IMG/VR virus record: IMGVR_UViG_3300001199_000019
Span: 1-42,157 of that record
From: a virus
Reading direction: 5' to 3' (one strand)
Length of the DNA stretch: 42,157 nucleotides
The notes beneath the pieces are model-generated. The model did not search any database. It was not told where the DNA came from and was given only the letters and a program-made list of their open reading frames with translations. The position numbers and the translations under genes are program-made. Each line of letters opens with the position of its first letter. The stretch's first letter is position 1. Below, piece by piece: positions 8,693 to 17,260 of the stretch.

Positions 8693-8833
8693 CTACCCAA
8701 AAACCGCAGCGCGGTATGCCTTCCATCTGGAGCGCGTCAGAAAATAGTGCAGAGAGAAACCCATGCGCAATTGCTCCAGATTCTTGCCGGATATCCTCAT
8801 ACACAGCTTCTGGACAAATGCCTTCATTGTCAT
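8693..8833 (-). CDS. 46-aa basic ORF inserted between M and L (moron candidate)
   Basis: A visibly AT-richer insert of about 140 nt. ATGA overlap with the M stop, and the TAG lies 3 nt before the L start. Confidence 0.3.
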   Translation of the reverse strand: MTMKAFVQKLCMRISGKNLEQLRMGFSLHYFLTRSRWKAYRAAVFG

Positions 8834-9180
8834 ACCTCGCGCAGCATGAACGACGCCGAATAGACGCCGACCGTGACGTAGGCGAACTTCACCGGTCCGG
8901 TGAAGCGCACGGTGTAGACCGTCGCGGTCTTGGGATGCGTCCAGGTAAAGCTGTCGGCCCCGCCCTTCACGGTGTCCTTCTCGAAAGTGGCGAGCGAATC
9001 CTTGTCGGTCTGGCCCAGCGCCTCGTAGCGCACGCCCCAGTTGCGCCGGGTGCGCGTGAACTTCTGGCGCGTCAGCTCGTAGCCGCCCTCGAAGGGCGAG
9101 CGCAGCGTGGCATCTTCCAGTTCGCCATCCGGGTCGAGCGGCCAGCTCGGGTTGATCGTCAGCGTCGGGAAAGCAGCCAT
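8830..9180 (-). CDS. minor tail protein M-like
   Basis: 116 aa, directly after the tape measure gene. Its size and position match lambda gpM. Confidence 0.7.
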   Translation of the reverse strand: MAAFPTLTINPSWPLDPDGELEDATLRSPFEGGYELTRQKFTRTRRNWGVRYEALGQTDKDSLATFEKDTVKGGADSFTWTHPKTATVYTVRFTGPVKFAYVTVGVYSASFMLREV

Positions 9181-9185
9181 TACGG

Positions 9186-10988
9186 TCAGACTCCCGCGAT
9201 GGCCGTGCGCAGCGGGCCGTAGTTATCGATATTCCTGAGCACCACGTCCACGATGTACGTCTCGCCATCGAACCGGCCGCCGCGGTTGTCGGCCTGTACG
9301 GGCGTGCCGGACTGGTTGATGACGTTGACGGTGACGTTCGCGCCGCCTGCCTGCTGTCCCGGCGTTTCCACCGACACGCGCTCACCGGGGGTCGCCATGA
9401 ATTGCACTAACTGGCTGTCGGTGCCGCCGGAACCGCCGACGTTGAAACTGCCGCCATGAGCAAAACCCATCATGCTGCCGATGGCTTGAAAGAACCCGCC
9501 GGATTCCATCGAGGAAAACAACGGGCCGGTGATGTTTTTCTGTGTCGCCAGCCGCAGCAAGTCACGCAGGGCGGAGTTCACGAAGTCGCGGACGGTGTTT
9601 TTACCGGTCATGCCCCACTCGACGATCGCGTCGGTCGAGCTCTTCGCCCAACCGGCCGTCGCCAGTTGCATCTGTTTGGTGGAGTTCTGCCATTCGTCGT
9701 TGAGTTTCTCCATCTCCGTGCGCGACGTGTAGTTGGCCTTGGCCTGCTCCGAGGCAAGCCACTTGTTGTAATCCGATTCAACCGCCTTGCGCGAAATACC
9801 CGTTCTTTCAAGTATCTTTAATTTTTTCTCCATCTCCTGTTTCGCGGCATCAACACGCAGTTGCGCCTTTTCTTTTTCGTCTTCCGTGATGGCGGCCTGA
9901 TTTTCCAGTGTCGCCTTGCGCAGGTCGTCCAGCAGATTTTCGAGTTGTTTTTCCGATTCAACGCCTAAAAACAGCTTAGCTTTGGCGGCAGCCGCGGCAG
10001 CGGCGAGCGGGTCGGGCGGCGGCTTTATTACGACTCCCGGCGGCGTTAACCTCTTCTTTTCTTCTTCGAGAGCGTCTATTGATGCGCGGATTTTCGCCAA
10101 GGCATCCTGTCCGAGCTTTACATTAGGAATCAGGAAGGAAAATAAACTATTGTTCGCGCCGGGCGGATTTAGACTGCCGGCCGCAAGCTGCTTTGTCATC
10201 ACTGCGAGTTCGTCGTTGATCTCCCGGATTCGAGCGCTCGACTTTTGCGCGTCCGACATGCCAAGCAGGTTCGCCATCACCCCACCCAGACCAACCCAGA
10301 CTGTTAACAGCAACCCGCCTTCTTTTGCAGCCTCTTGCATCGCTTTGGCGATATCGTTCATACCAGGCAACATATCTGCAACCAGCTTGGTTTTTGTGGC
10401 CCCCAGCGTGATATTCAGCTTGGCCAGATCATCGTTGAACTTATCTGCGTTGACCCCCATGGACTCCGTCATTTTTGAGAGCTTTTTGCCCTCCTCGACA
10501 ACCTCGCCAATTTTCTTCCCGCCCTCCGACAGCGCCGGCGCCATCTCCGTCCAGGACTTGCTGAACACGGACTGTGCCAGGGCATTGCGCTGCTGGATGT
10601 CCGGCAGCAAATTGAAAATATCGGCTAATTGCTTGAACGCTTCGACGTTGTCCTTGGCGGTGACGCCGAGCGCGCGGAATTTATCGGGGTCTTTCCCGAT
10701 TGCCACCGACATTTTGTTGATGCCCTTGGCCAGGCCATCCAGATCCGTGCCAGTTTGTTTTGCCAGCAGGTTGAGCCCGGCCAAATCTTCGACGGTGATT
10801 CCGGTTGTCTTGCTCAAGTCATGCAGGCGGTCCGCCGCGTCAATCGAGCTTTTGACGAGCGAGACGAAATAGCCGGCACCGAGTCCGACGCCGAGCACGC
10901 CGGCCAACTTTTGCAGATTATTTTGCACCGACCGAAACGCCGCTTGGGTGCGGTCCTCGGCCTTGATAATGACTTTAGCTTCTGCCAT
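9186..10988 (-). CDS. tail tape measure protein
   Basis: 600 aa. Ala/Lys/Leu/Glu-rich and helical, with a Gly-rich hydrophobic segment (GGLLLTVWVGLGGVMANLLG). Located downstream of the chaperone pair. Confidence 0.85.
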   Translation of the reverse strand: MAEAKVIIKAEDRTQAAFRSVQNNLQKLAGVLGVGLGAGYFVSLVKSSIDAADRLHDLSKTTGITVEDLAGLNLLAKQTGTDLDGLAKGINKMSVAIGKDPDKFRALGVTAKDNVEAFKQLADIFNLLPDIQQRNALAQSVFSKSWTEMAPALSEGGKKIGEVVEEGKKLSKMTESMGVNADKFNDDLAKLNITLGATKTKLVADMLPGMNDIAKAMQEAAKEGGLLLTVWVGLGGVMANLLGMSDAQKSSARIREINDELAVMTKQLAAGSLNPPGANNSLFSFLIPNVKLGQDALAKIRASIDALEEEKKRLTPPGVVIKPPPDPLAAAAAAAKAKLFLGVESEKQLENLLDDLRKATLENQAAITEDEKEKAQLRVDAAKQEMEKKLKILERTGISRKAVESDYNKWLASEQAKANYTSRTEMEKLNDEWQNSTKQMQLATAGWAKSSTDAIVEWGMTGKNTVRDFVNSALRDLLRLATQKNITGPLFSSMESGGFFQAIGSMMGFAHGGSFNVGGSGGTDSQLVQFMATPGERVSVETPGQQAGGANVTVNVINQSGTPVQADNRGGRFDGETYIVDVVLRNIDNYGPLRTAIAGV

Positions 10989-11274
10989 TTTCGCGCGATA
11001 TCCGGTTAAAGGTTGACTCCAGGGTTCGCATCGCCTCGGTGTAGATCGCCGGCTGCTCCAGCACGCCGCCGGCGAACGGCAGCAGGCGATTCTGGTAGTG
11101 GCCGTAAAGCTCGACCATGAACCACGAAAACGGCGTGATCATCGGCAGCAGGCAGGTGCGCGACTCGATAACACCCGCGATGGCCCACTGCGGGAACGGC
11201 GCCGGATTGGTGTCGTCGCAATGCCGCCCCCATATGCAGTGCTGACAGTCGAACTTCGACCGGTTTGCCGCCAC
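10975..11274 (-). CDS. tail assembly chaperone T-part (DUF1799-like), probably made only as a G-T frameshift fusion
   Basis: It lies in the -1 frame relative to the G-like ORF and is open back to the slippery site. It has no convincing ribosome-binding site (RBS) of its own. Confidence 0.6.
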   Translation of the reverse strand: MAANRSKFDCQHCIWGRHCDDTNPAPFPQWAIAGVIESRTCLLPMITPFSWFMVELYGHYQNRLLPFAGGVLEQPAIYTEAMRTLESTFNRISRENGRS

Positions 11275-11288
11275 GTGGGCGGCGATGA

Positions 11289-11651
11289 TCAGTTTTTTCT
11301 TGCGGTCTCCGACAGGACTGAGCGGTTGACGATGGCGCTAAACAGCTCAATCACAAACTCGAACGGGATGCGCGCGACGTTGATCGCGCGGTCGGCGTCG
11401 AACGTCACTGGATTCCCCGCGGAGTCCGCGAAGTTTTCCCACCCGATCAGGCCGGCGCGCAGCGCGGTGCGCGCGCAGGCCGCCGTGGTGACCATCTGGC
11501 CATCGTCGTCGAATTTGATCATCGAGCGGATGCCGAACATCTCCACCCCATCGAGGGGCTTGAGATGAAACCGCGTCGGATTTTCTTTGCCTTCTTCCGA
11601 GACAGGCGTGTACCAGAACGGCGTGATGGGATCGGCAGCGCGAATAGCCAT
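11289..11651 (-). CDS. tail assembly chaperone G-like
   Basis: 120 aa ORF between the tail tube and tape measure genes. It ends AGA AAA AAC TGA. Confidence 0.6.
   Translation of the reverse strand: MAIRAADPITPFWYTPVSEEGKENPTRFHLKPLDGVEMFGIRSMIKFDDDGQMVTTAACARTALRAGLIGWENFADSAGNPVTFDADRAINVARIPFEFVIELFSAIVNRSVLSETARKN
11292..11298 (-). promoter_or_regulatory. -1 programmed ribosomal frameshift heptamer A AAA AAC
   Basis: An X XXY YYZ heptamer in the zero frame, 1 codon before the G-like stop. The -1 frame reads LIIAAHVAANRSKFD... into the T-like ORF without a stop. Confidence 0.7.
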
Positions 11652-11667
11652 GAATAAAACCCCTTGA

Positions 11668-12594
11668 TTAAGTGAACGCGATGGAAACTTCGTCGTCGGT
11701 CGCCGACTCGGCGCCCTGGAACGCGAGGTCGAAGGTGCTGATCCGGTCCTTGTCGCCCTTGCCGACCTCGGTGTAGGTCACGGCCGGCATGGTGATGGCG
11801 AAACGGTTGCCGGCGGTGCCACCGATAACACCGGTGGTGAGCGCCATGGCACTGCCGCCGGTCCACTTGCTGATGAAATTGTGCGCGGCCACCAGTACCG
11901 TCTCGGCGTCGAACGAGCCGATGAGCTTACGCTCGACGATCTGGATCTGGCCGTAACCGTCAGCCGCCGAGATATCGCCCGGCGTGATGACGTTGTTGCC
12001 GAGATCGAACTCAAGCCCAGTGATGATGGCGGCGTAGGAATCGATGGTGAACGCCGAGGAAAGCACCGGCACCGGCACCGTGGCGTTGTAGGTCGCGCTC
12101 GGCAGCGCCACGTCCGTCGGGCCGGAGAAATGGCCGACGAACTCGAACGAGAATTTGCCGACTTCGCCGACCTTGAGCATGCTCTTGATCCGCCCGCGCG
12201 CGCCGGTGAGTTTGTAGAGCAGGCCGTCCTGGTGGAAATAGAGCGTCAGGCTCTTGAGCGAGGTCGAGGCGGGTTTGTAGGTAACGGAGGTGGCGCCCAC
12301 GACGGTCTCGGACATACCGCAGCCCTGCAGCAATACACCAAGCTCGGGCGCGGTGCCGGCGGCACCGGAGCCTTTGATCTCAACATCGAAACTGAACTGC
12401 ATGAGCGAGCCGGCGTACAGCGGCTTGAGCTGGCCCAGACTGGCGCGGATCGCCGGACGTTCCGCCATGCGGCTGCCTGCGAACGACCAGCCAAGGTTCT
12501 CGACCAGGATGGCGTTGGTGCCCGCCACCGGCGTGGGATCGGTGTTGTAGGTGGTTTCGGCCTTGGCGAGAATGACTTCACGGTTTTTCAGCAT
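11668..12594 (-). CDS. major tail tube protein
   Basis: 308 aa. GAGGAG RBS. The position immediately upstream of the chaperone pair is the basis for the call. Confidence 0.65.
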   Translation of the reverse strand: MLKNREVILAKAETTYNTDPTPVAGTNAILVENLGWSFAGSRMAERPAIRASLGQLKPLYAGSLMQFSFDVEIKGSGAAGTAPELGVLLQGCGMSETVVGATSVTYKPASTSLKSLTLYFHQDGLLYKLTGARGRIKSMLKVGEVGKFSFEFVGHFSGPTDVALPSATYNATVPVPVLSSAFTIDSYAAIITGLEFDLGNNVITPGDISAADGYGQIQIVERKLIGSFDAETVLVAAHNFISKWTGGSAMALTTGVIGGTAGNRFAITMPAVTYTEVGKGDKDRISTFDLAFQGAESATDDEVSIAFT

Positions 12595-12733
12595 TGACGG
12601 GCTCCTCGGGTTTGTCGGCGCTGGCGGGCTGGGTGGCCGGCGCGATCGTGACGGTATCGCCGGACGTCGGTTCGACGGTCATCGTCGGGACCTTGGGCGC
12701 TGGCGGTGCGGGATCTGGTTTGGGTTTGGCCAT
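12578..12733 (-). CDS. 51-aa Pro/Ala-rich small protein
   Basis: Strong GAGGAGG RBS 9 nt upstream of the ATG at 12733. It overlaps the tail tube start by 17 nt. Confidence 0.4.
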   Translation of the reverse strand: MAKPKPDPAPPAPKVPTMTVEPTSGDTVTIAPATQPASADKPEEPVNAEKP

Positions 12734-12752
12734 GAATCGAATCCTCCTCGGA

Positions 12753-13205
12753 TTAAGCGCTGCCGTCGGCGCGCGAGCGCCGGTAAAGCACGGTCCACTC
12801 CATACGCAGCGACCCGGTGGGTTTGTCGCCATCGCCTTTCAGATCCGGCTCAGCCGGGCCTTCGAGCGAATCGAGGACAAACGCCAGGCCCTGCGTGTGG
12901 TCGGCGCGCAGCGCGACGATCGCCTCCTTGCGTATCTGGTTGAGCTGCGTATCCACCTGCGTGGCGGAGGTCTTGGACAGCGCCTCGATGAACACCGTAA
13001 GGCGGCTGTCGAGATACTGAAACGACGACGACGCGCCCTCGTCGTGCATCGGCACGTCCGGCCCGAGATACACCAGAATCGCCGGCAGCTTGTTGTCCGG
13101 CACCGGATGCACGCGCCCGCGGAACACGTTGGCGCCCGTGGTCGCGAGGCTGGTCACCTTGGTCACGAAGGCGGCGACAATCTGCTCGGCGCGGAGGTCG
13201 GCCAT
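12753..13205 (-). CDS. head-tail connector / tail terminator-like protein
   Basis: 150 aa. Called by position upstream of the tail tube gene. Its start overlaps the TAA of mini-ORF cassette C. Confidence 0.45.
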   Translation of the reverse strand: MADLRAEQIVAAFVTKVTSLATTGANVFRGRVHPVPDNKLPAILVYLGPDVPMHDEGASSSFQYLDSRLTVFIEALSKTSATQVDTQLNQIRKEAIVALRADHTQGLAFVLDSLEGPAEPDLKGDGDKPTGSLRMEWTVLYRRSRADGSA

Positions 13206-13249
13206 TAGTGTCTACCTGCTACGCGCTTCACGCTCGCTCGTCCGGTCAT
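13205..13249 (-). CDS. conserved 14-codon mini-ORF, copy C (MTGRASVKRVAGRH)
   Basis: ATG at 13249. The TAA shares its last A with the ATG at 13205 (TAATG). The 45 nt are near-identical to the copies at 18154..18198 and 20999..21043. Confidence 0.5.
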   Translation of the reverse strand: MTGRASVKRVAGRH

Positions 13250-13251
13250 AT

Positions 13252-13524
13252 TCAGTGCACCTTGGATTTCTGGTAAAGCTCGATGACGAACACGCCGACG
13301 TTGTAAAGAGCGGTCATCGCGCCGCCGACGATGAGCAGCAACAGCCCGCCGATCAGGGTCGCCTTGATCTTGTCGACCAGCTCCTGGCGCCGGAGATCGC
13401 GGCGCTTATCGCGTTCGATGCGCTGGTTGATGTAGTCGTGATGCGCCCGGTGCGTATCGTGGTCGAGACCATCGCGCTCGTTGAGCGCGGCGTGCACTGC
13501 CTGCTTGATTGCCGCTGCATCCAT
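13252..13524 (-). CDS. small membrane protein
   Basis: About 90 aa with the C-terminal TM segment LIGGLLLLIVGGAMTALYNVGVFVI. AAGGGG lies 9 nt upstream of the ATG at 13524 (alternative ATG at 13533). TAATG overlap with the TraR-like stop. Confidence 0.45.
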   Translation of the reverse strand: MDAAAIKQAVHAALNERDGLDHDTHRAHHDYINQRIERDKRRDLRRQELVDKIKATLIGGLLLLIVGGAMTALYNVGVFVIELYQKSKVH

Positions 13525-13760
13525 TAACGCCATCCCCTTGCGCGCCCCTGTTGATGTTCGTGTTTTTCCTGACACTCCGCGCAGCGCACCGCCTGCGGAT
13601 TGGCAGCTAACCGCTGCTCGTTGATCGGGTCGTCGCAGTCGAGACACAGCCGGACACCGCCCACCGTGCGCGGCGCTTCGCGCGGACGGTTGCGCGCCGA
13701 CGCAATCGCCTCATCTCGCAACTCGTCCTCGCGCGCCTGTGCTTTATCAACGGCGTCCAT
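13524..13760 (-). CDS. TraR/DksA-family C4 zinc-finger protein
   Basis: 78 aa with CLDCDDPI...RCAECQ, as in phage TraR/DksA-type zinc fingers. Confidence 0.75.
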   Translation of the reverse strand: MDAVDKAQAREDELRDEAIASARNRPREAPRTVGGVRLCLDCDDPINEQRLAANPQAVRCAECQEKHEHQQGRARGWR

Positions 13761-13778
13761 TAACGTCTGGCCATTTTT

Positions 13779-14063
13779 CTATTCGCGCAATACCAGGCGA
13801 ACCATGCCGTTGCCGTCCGGTTGTACGGCCACGACCGTGTAGGTGATGCTATTAATCAGCAGCGTGTCGCCCTGCGCCGCGGCCGACACATCCGCCGCGC
13901 GGCATATAAAGCTCGGTTGGCTACCCTCCATGCCCGGCGTGCCCGACCCGATCTCGAAATACTCGTTGTCGAAAATGCCGTTGACGGTCGTGGCGCCGTT
14001 GTAGGTGGCGGTATCCCAATCGGCCAACATCGTGGCCCGGTCGTCGGCGTCCTCGACAGCCAC
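13779..14063 (-). CDS. head-tail joining protein (FII-like)
   Basis: 94 aa. Size and position fit, and the C-terminal ITYTVVAVQPDGNGMVRLVLRE beta-rich pattern is typical of head-tail adaptors. Confidence 0.45.
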   Translation of the reverse strand: MAVEDADDRATMLADWDTATYNGATTVNGIFDNEYFEIGSGTPGMEGSQPSFICRAADVSAAAQGDTLLINSITYTVVAVQPDGNGMVRLVLRE

Positions 14064-14066
14064 GGG

Positions 14067-14624
14067 TTATTTCTTCTTTGTCAGGCTGTCGGTGTGCGAG
14101 GCCAGCGCGGCGGTCGCCGCCTTGAGGCCTTCGACATCGCCGTCGTCGGCGAAAATCCCCATGTCTTCGATGGTCTGCTCGATCGCCTGCATCACGGCCG
14201 GGTCGGCCTTGTTACCGAGATCGCCCAAGGCTTTACGGGCGGATGCCACCGCCTTGTCCGCATCACCGACGGCCCGCGCCATCGTTTCCGCTTTCTCGTT
14301 GGCCGCGTCTTCTCCAGCTTTCTTTTTGGCCGCCGCATCAGCGGTGGCCTTGGCCTTGGCTTTCTTTTCTTCCTTCGCTTTCGCGTCGGCCTCGGCCCTG
14401 ATCTGTTCCGGCGTCATGAGTTCGCCGGCCAGGGCCTTGGTCAAGATGCCGTCGTAACCAAAACTTTCTCCGCGCTTAAACTGCACGGGCTTTGCGATTT
14501 CGTACACACCGTCGGCGGCATTGACCGGCGCCAGGTTGTGCGCGCGCGTCTTGTATTGGTCCGGTGTCAACTTCACCTGACCGGACACAAGGGTGATGAC
14601 GGCGGCGGCGGAATAGTTTTTCAT
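14067..14624 (-). CDS. hypothetical Ala/Lys/Glu-rich protein after the capsid gene
   Basis: 185 aa. GGAGAGG RBS. It follows the capsid terminator. Confidence 0.5.
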   Translation of the reverse strand: MKNYSAAAVITLVSGQVKLTPDQYKTRAHNLAPVNAADGVYEIAKPVQFKRGESFGYDGILTKALAGELMTPEQIRAEADAKAKEEKKAKAKATADAAAKKKAGEDAANEKAETMARAVGDADKAVASARKALGDLGNKADPAVMQAIEQTIEDMGIFADDGDVEGLKAATAALASHTDSLTKKK

Positions 14625-14636
14625 GTTTCCTCTCCT

Positions 14637-14669
14637 GAAATAAAAACGGGGTGGCTTTCGCCACCCCGT
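14637..14669 (-). terminator. rho-independent terminator after the major capsid gene
   Basis: On the minus strand: a 10-bp stem ACGGGGTGGC/GCCACCCCGT, a GAAA loop, then TTTTTATTT. Confidence 0.75.
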
Positions 14670-14699
14670 CGTTGCATTGACGATTGCCCGTTACTGCGA

Positions 14700-15650
14700 T
14701 CAGATCATCGTGACGTAGCAGCCCCGCTGCCAGTAGCCGTAACCGACGCCGCGCCAGGCGTCGATGCCGAACTGCCAGGCATCGTTGTCGAACTCGAACT
14801 CGGAGCCCTCGGCCTTCGCCTTGAGTTCCACTTCCTGCTCGGTCTGACGAATGAAGGCCTTGATCGGGCTGTCGGTGCGGAACACCGCGAAGCTGTCGGT
14901 CCAGGTGAGGCGCGCGTTCATCTGCACGTCCACCGTCAGGCCGGCGATCAGGTTCGGGTTGAGGTTCTGCTGCAGGGCCGCCGTAACCAGAGTGCTGACC
15001 GCCGCCACCGCGGTGAGGTACAGACTAACCGGCACGGTCACCACGAAGCGGCGGGCATTTTCGTTCATCGGCTCGCCGCGATCGTCCTTGAACGACAGGA
15101 TCTGCGCGATCCCTTTCAGGATCGACTGCTGCATCTCCTCCACGCTCGGGGCCGTTACCACGCCGTGCACCGCGGCCGGCAGGGCCGAGATATCCACCGT
15201 GATGTCGTTGTCCTGCGTGCCGCTGTCGCCCTCGCTGTGATCGGTGTCGAAGAAAAACTGGCCGTCATAGCAGGCCGTGGACGGACCGTTCAGCAGCAGC
15301 GTGGACAACAGGCTGGTCCAATGCGTTTGCGAACGTGCGTAGAACTCCTCGATGCGCGCCTTGATCTGCGGGGTCTTGTCGCGGCGCGCGTCCTTCTTGG
15401 CGACCTCGATCGTGGCCTCGTAGTGGCTGTTGACGATGGTGACGCCCTGGCCGCTGAAGCCCTTGGCCTGACGGCCACCGACCCACAGGCGCATGGCCGG
15501 CGACTGGCCGAGGAAGTTGTAGGTTTCGCTCGCCTGATCGGAGTTAAACAGATTCGACACTCCGTCGACGAACGCCAGGCCGGGATCGGCCTCCTGCTGG
15601 GCGAAGTACATGCCCATGATGGCACGGCTGGAAAGAATGCTTTGGTCCAT
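14700..15650 (-). CDS. major capsid protein, Mu gpT-like
   Basis: 316 aa. The CYDGQFFFDTDH block matches the remembered CYDGQNFFDTDH of Mu gpT, and the overall length is the same. Confidence 0.85.
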   Translation of the reverse strand: MDQSILSSRAIMGMYFAQQEADPGLAFVDGVSNLFNSDQASETYNFLGQSPAMRLWVGGRQAKGFSGQGVTIVNSHYEATIEVAKKDARRDKTPQIKARIEEFYARSQTHWTSLLSTLLLNGPSTACYDGQFFFDTDHSEGDSGTQDNDITVDISALPAAVHGVVTAPSVEEMQQSILKGIAQILSFKDDRGEPMNENARRFVVTVPVSLYLTAVAAVSTLVTAALQQNLNPNLIAGLTVDVQMNARLTWTDSFAVFRTDSPIKAFIRQTEQEVELKAKAEGSEFEFDNDAWQFGIDAWRGVGYGYWQRGCYVTMI

Positions 15651-15707
15651 GATTTTGTCCTCTTGTCGGTTCGGTTGTTGTGGCGGTCCTGTTACGGGCC
15701 GTCAGGA

Positions 15708-16592
15708 TTAGGCTTCGGTCGCCCAGATGCCGCGTAGCTCAGCCACGATCGCACCGTTGGCGTCGCCCGTGGTCAACACCACATAGTCGCCGCGCTTGGC
15801 GGTGGCCTTGGTGTTGATCAGGTCTTTGTTGTCGGTGCCCGGCAGATCCGGCCCTTGCACCTTGTCGGCGGCAGCCGGATCGATCGACAACTTCACCGCG
15901 CCATACGCGCCGATGTTGACGATCTTGGCGTTGACGGGGGTGGCGACGACCGGCAGGGTAACGACCACGGCGTCGGTATCAACGAAGAAAACCTTGCCGT
16001 TGTCCTCGATGTCGAGCGTCTTGTTGGCGGAGAGCGTCTCGCGGATGGTGTACTCGGCGTAGGGGTCGCGATAGTTCAGCGCGTCGAACGCCACCACCAC
16101 CACGCCGGAACTCACGAAGCGGTGCACGAAGCCGATAAACACGGCGGCCGTCGGCACGAACGTGAAGGCGTTGTCGTCGGTGGCATACACCGGCTGGCCG
16201 ACGTCGGTGATCACCGCACCGGTGACGGACAATTGGATTTTGCCGGATTCGACAACGCGCACGTTGATGGCCGCCGCCGCGCCGGCCGCGTTGTCGGCCT
16301 TGGCTTCGGCGAAGCCGGCGAAGCGATCGGTGGCCGCCAGCGGACGGGCATGGCCCGTGCCGATGACGACGCCGACGGCGGCGCCTTCGTAGACGATGTC
16401 CGACGCGATGACCGGGATTTCGTTGCGGGACCCGCCCTCGAAGGCACGGGGGGTATTGGCCGCGAGCGTGGTCATGCCGATCATCGACATGCTGAGCATG
16501 TCGGTGCTGACATAGGCCTGCGCTTCGGGGAACATCCCCAACACGCCGACAATTACGGCGAGGGCGAACAAATACTGACTCTTGATTTTCAT
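15708..16592 (-). CDS. head decoration-like protein (two DUF2190-like halves) with a hydrophobic N-terminus
   Basis: 294 aa. GAGGAAA RBS. The N-terminus MKIKSQYLFALAVIVGVLGMFPEAQA is followed by two Val/Gly/Ala-rich beta-type halves. Confidence 0.55.
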   Translation of the reverse strand: MKIKSQYLFALAVIVGVLGMFPEAQAYVSTDMLSMSMIGMTTLAANTPRAFEGGSRNEIPVIASDIVYEGAAVGVVIGTGHARPLAATDRFAGFAEAKADNAAGAAAAINVRVVESGKIQLSVTGAVITDVGQPVYATDDNAFTFVPTAAVFIGFVHRFVSSGVVVVAFDALNYRDPYAEYTIRETLSANKTLDIEDNGKVFFVDTDAVVVTLPVVATPVNAKIVNIGAYGAVKLSIDPAAADKVQGPDLPGTDNKDLINTKATAKRGDYVVLTTGDANGAIVAELRGIWATEA

Positions 16593-16652
16593 GTTGGTTT
16601 CCTCAGATTGGTTTCAGTCGCCGCCCAAACGGCGGGCGGTTTTGGGTTTGGT

Positions 16653-17192
16653 TCAGGCGCTACGCTTGCCGAGCAGCTTGACGCGACCGGCTTCTTCGGC
16701 CTTCACGTAGGCGGTGTAGGCCTCGACGGACGTGAACTCCGACCGGATGGCCGAGTCCTTGTCCCACTTGGCCTTGCAGCGCTCCTCGACCGGCAGGTTG
16801 GCGTCCACTTCGCTGGCGGCCGGCAGGTTCGCCGGACCGGATTGGACGACGGCCGGCGCCGCGCCGTCCTTGCGCAATGCGTCGAGTTTGTTGCCGCGCG
16901 TGGCGTTGTCCGCCGCGACGATTTTCTGCGCCACATCGCCGGCGGTGCTCTGGCCGTCGAACATCGCGTCCTTGATCAGCGCCTCGTGACCCGGCGTCTG
17001 CAAGGCGAAAATCGTCTGAATGCGCGCGCGCTCGGCGGACGCGCCGGCGGCGAGGCCTTCGGCCTTGCCGTTTACGTGGCCTTCGGCACGAAGCTTGTCG
17101 GCGTCCACGCTGGTTTTGCCTTCGGCGATGAGCGCCTCGGCGATGGCGGGGTATTCCGCCTTGAAAGTCTGGATGGTCATTTTCGGGTCCAT
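16653..17192 (-). CDS. scaffolding-like protein
   Basis: 179 aa, Ala/Glu/Lys-rich. GAGGA RBS. It lies between the protease and decoration/capsid genes. Confidence 0.5.
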   Translation of the reverse strand: MDPKMTIQTFKAEYPAIAEALIAEGKTSVDADKLRAEGHVNGKAEGLAAGASAERARIQTIFALQTPGHEALIKDAMFDGQSTAGDVAQKIVAADNATRGNKLDALRKDGAAPAVVQSGPANLPAASEVDANLPVEERCKAKWDKDSAIRSEFTSVEAYTAYVKAEEAGRVKLLGKRSA

Positions 17193-17260
17193 TGCGTTGT
17201 CCTCAAAAGGTTGTGGTTGCGCGCACACCGGCGCGGATCTCGTTCGTCTGGATATAAGAT

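Noticed and set aside
13821-15737. 638-aa ORF on the plus strand spanning the capsid region.
   Set aside because: It is antisense to four supported late genes, including the Mu gpT-like capsid gene. Its composition is dominated by Arg/Gly/Val/Leu, and it has no RBS or family resemblance.
16617-16644. GC-rich hairpin CCGCCC...GGGCGG between the scaffold and decoration genes, considered as a terminator.
   Set aside because: On the coding (minus) strand it is not followed by a T-run. The T-run is on the non-coding strand. It may be an RNA-stability element or an antisense terminator, but I cannot support a terminator call for the late operon.
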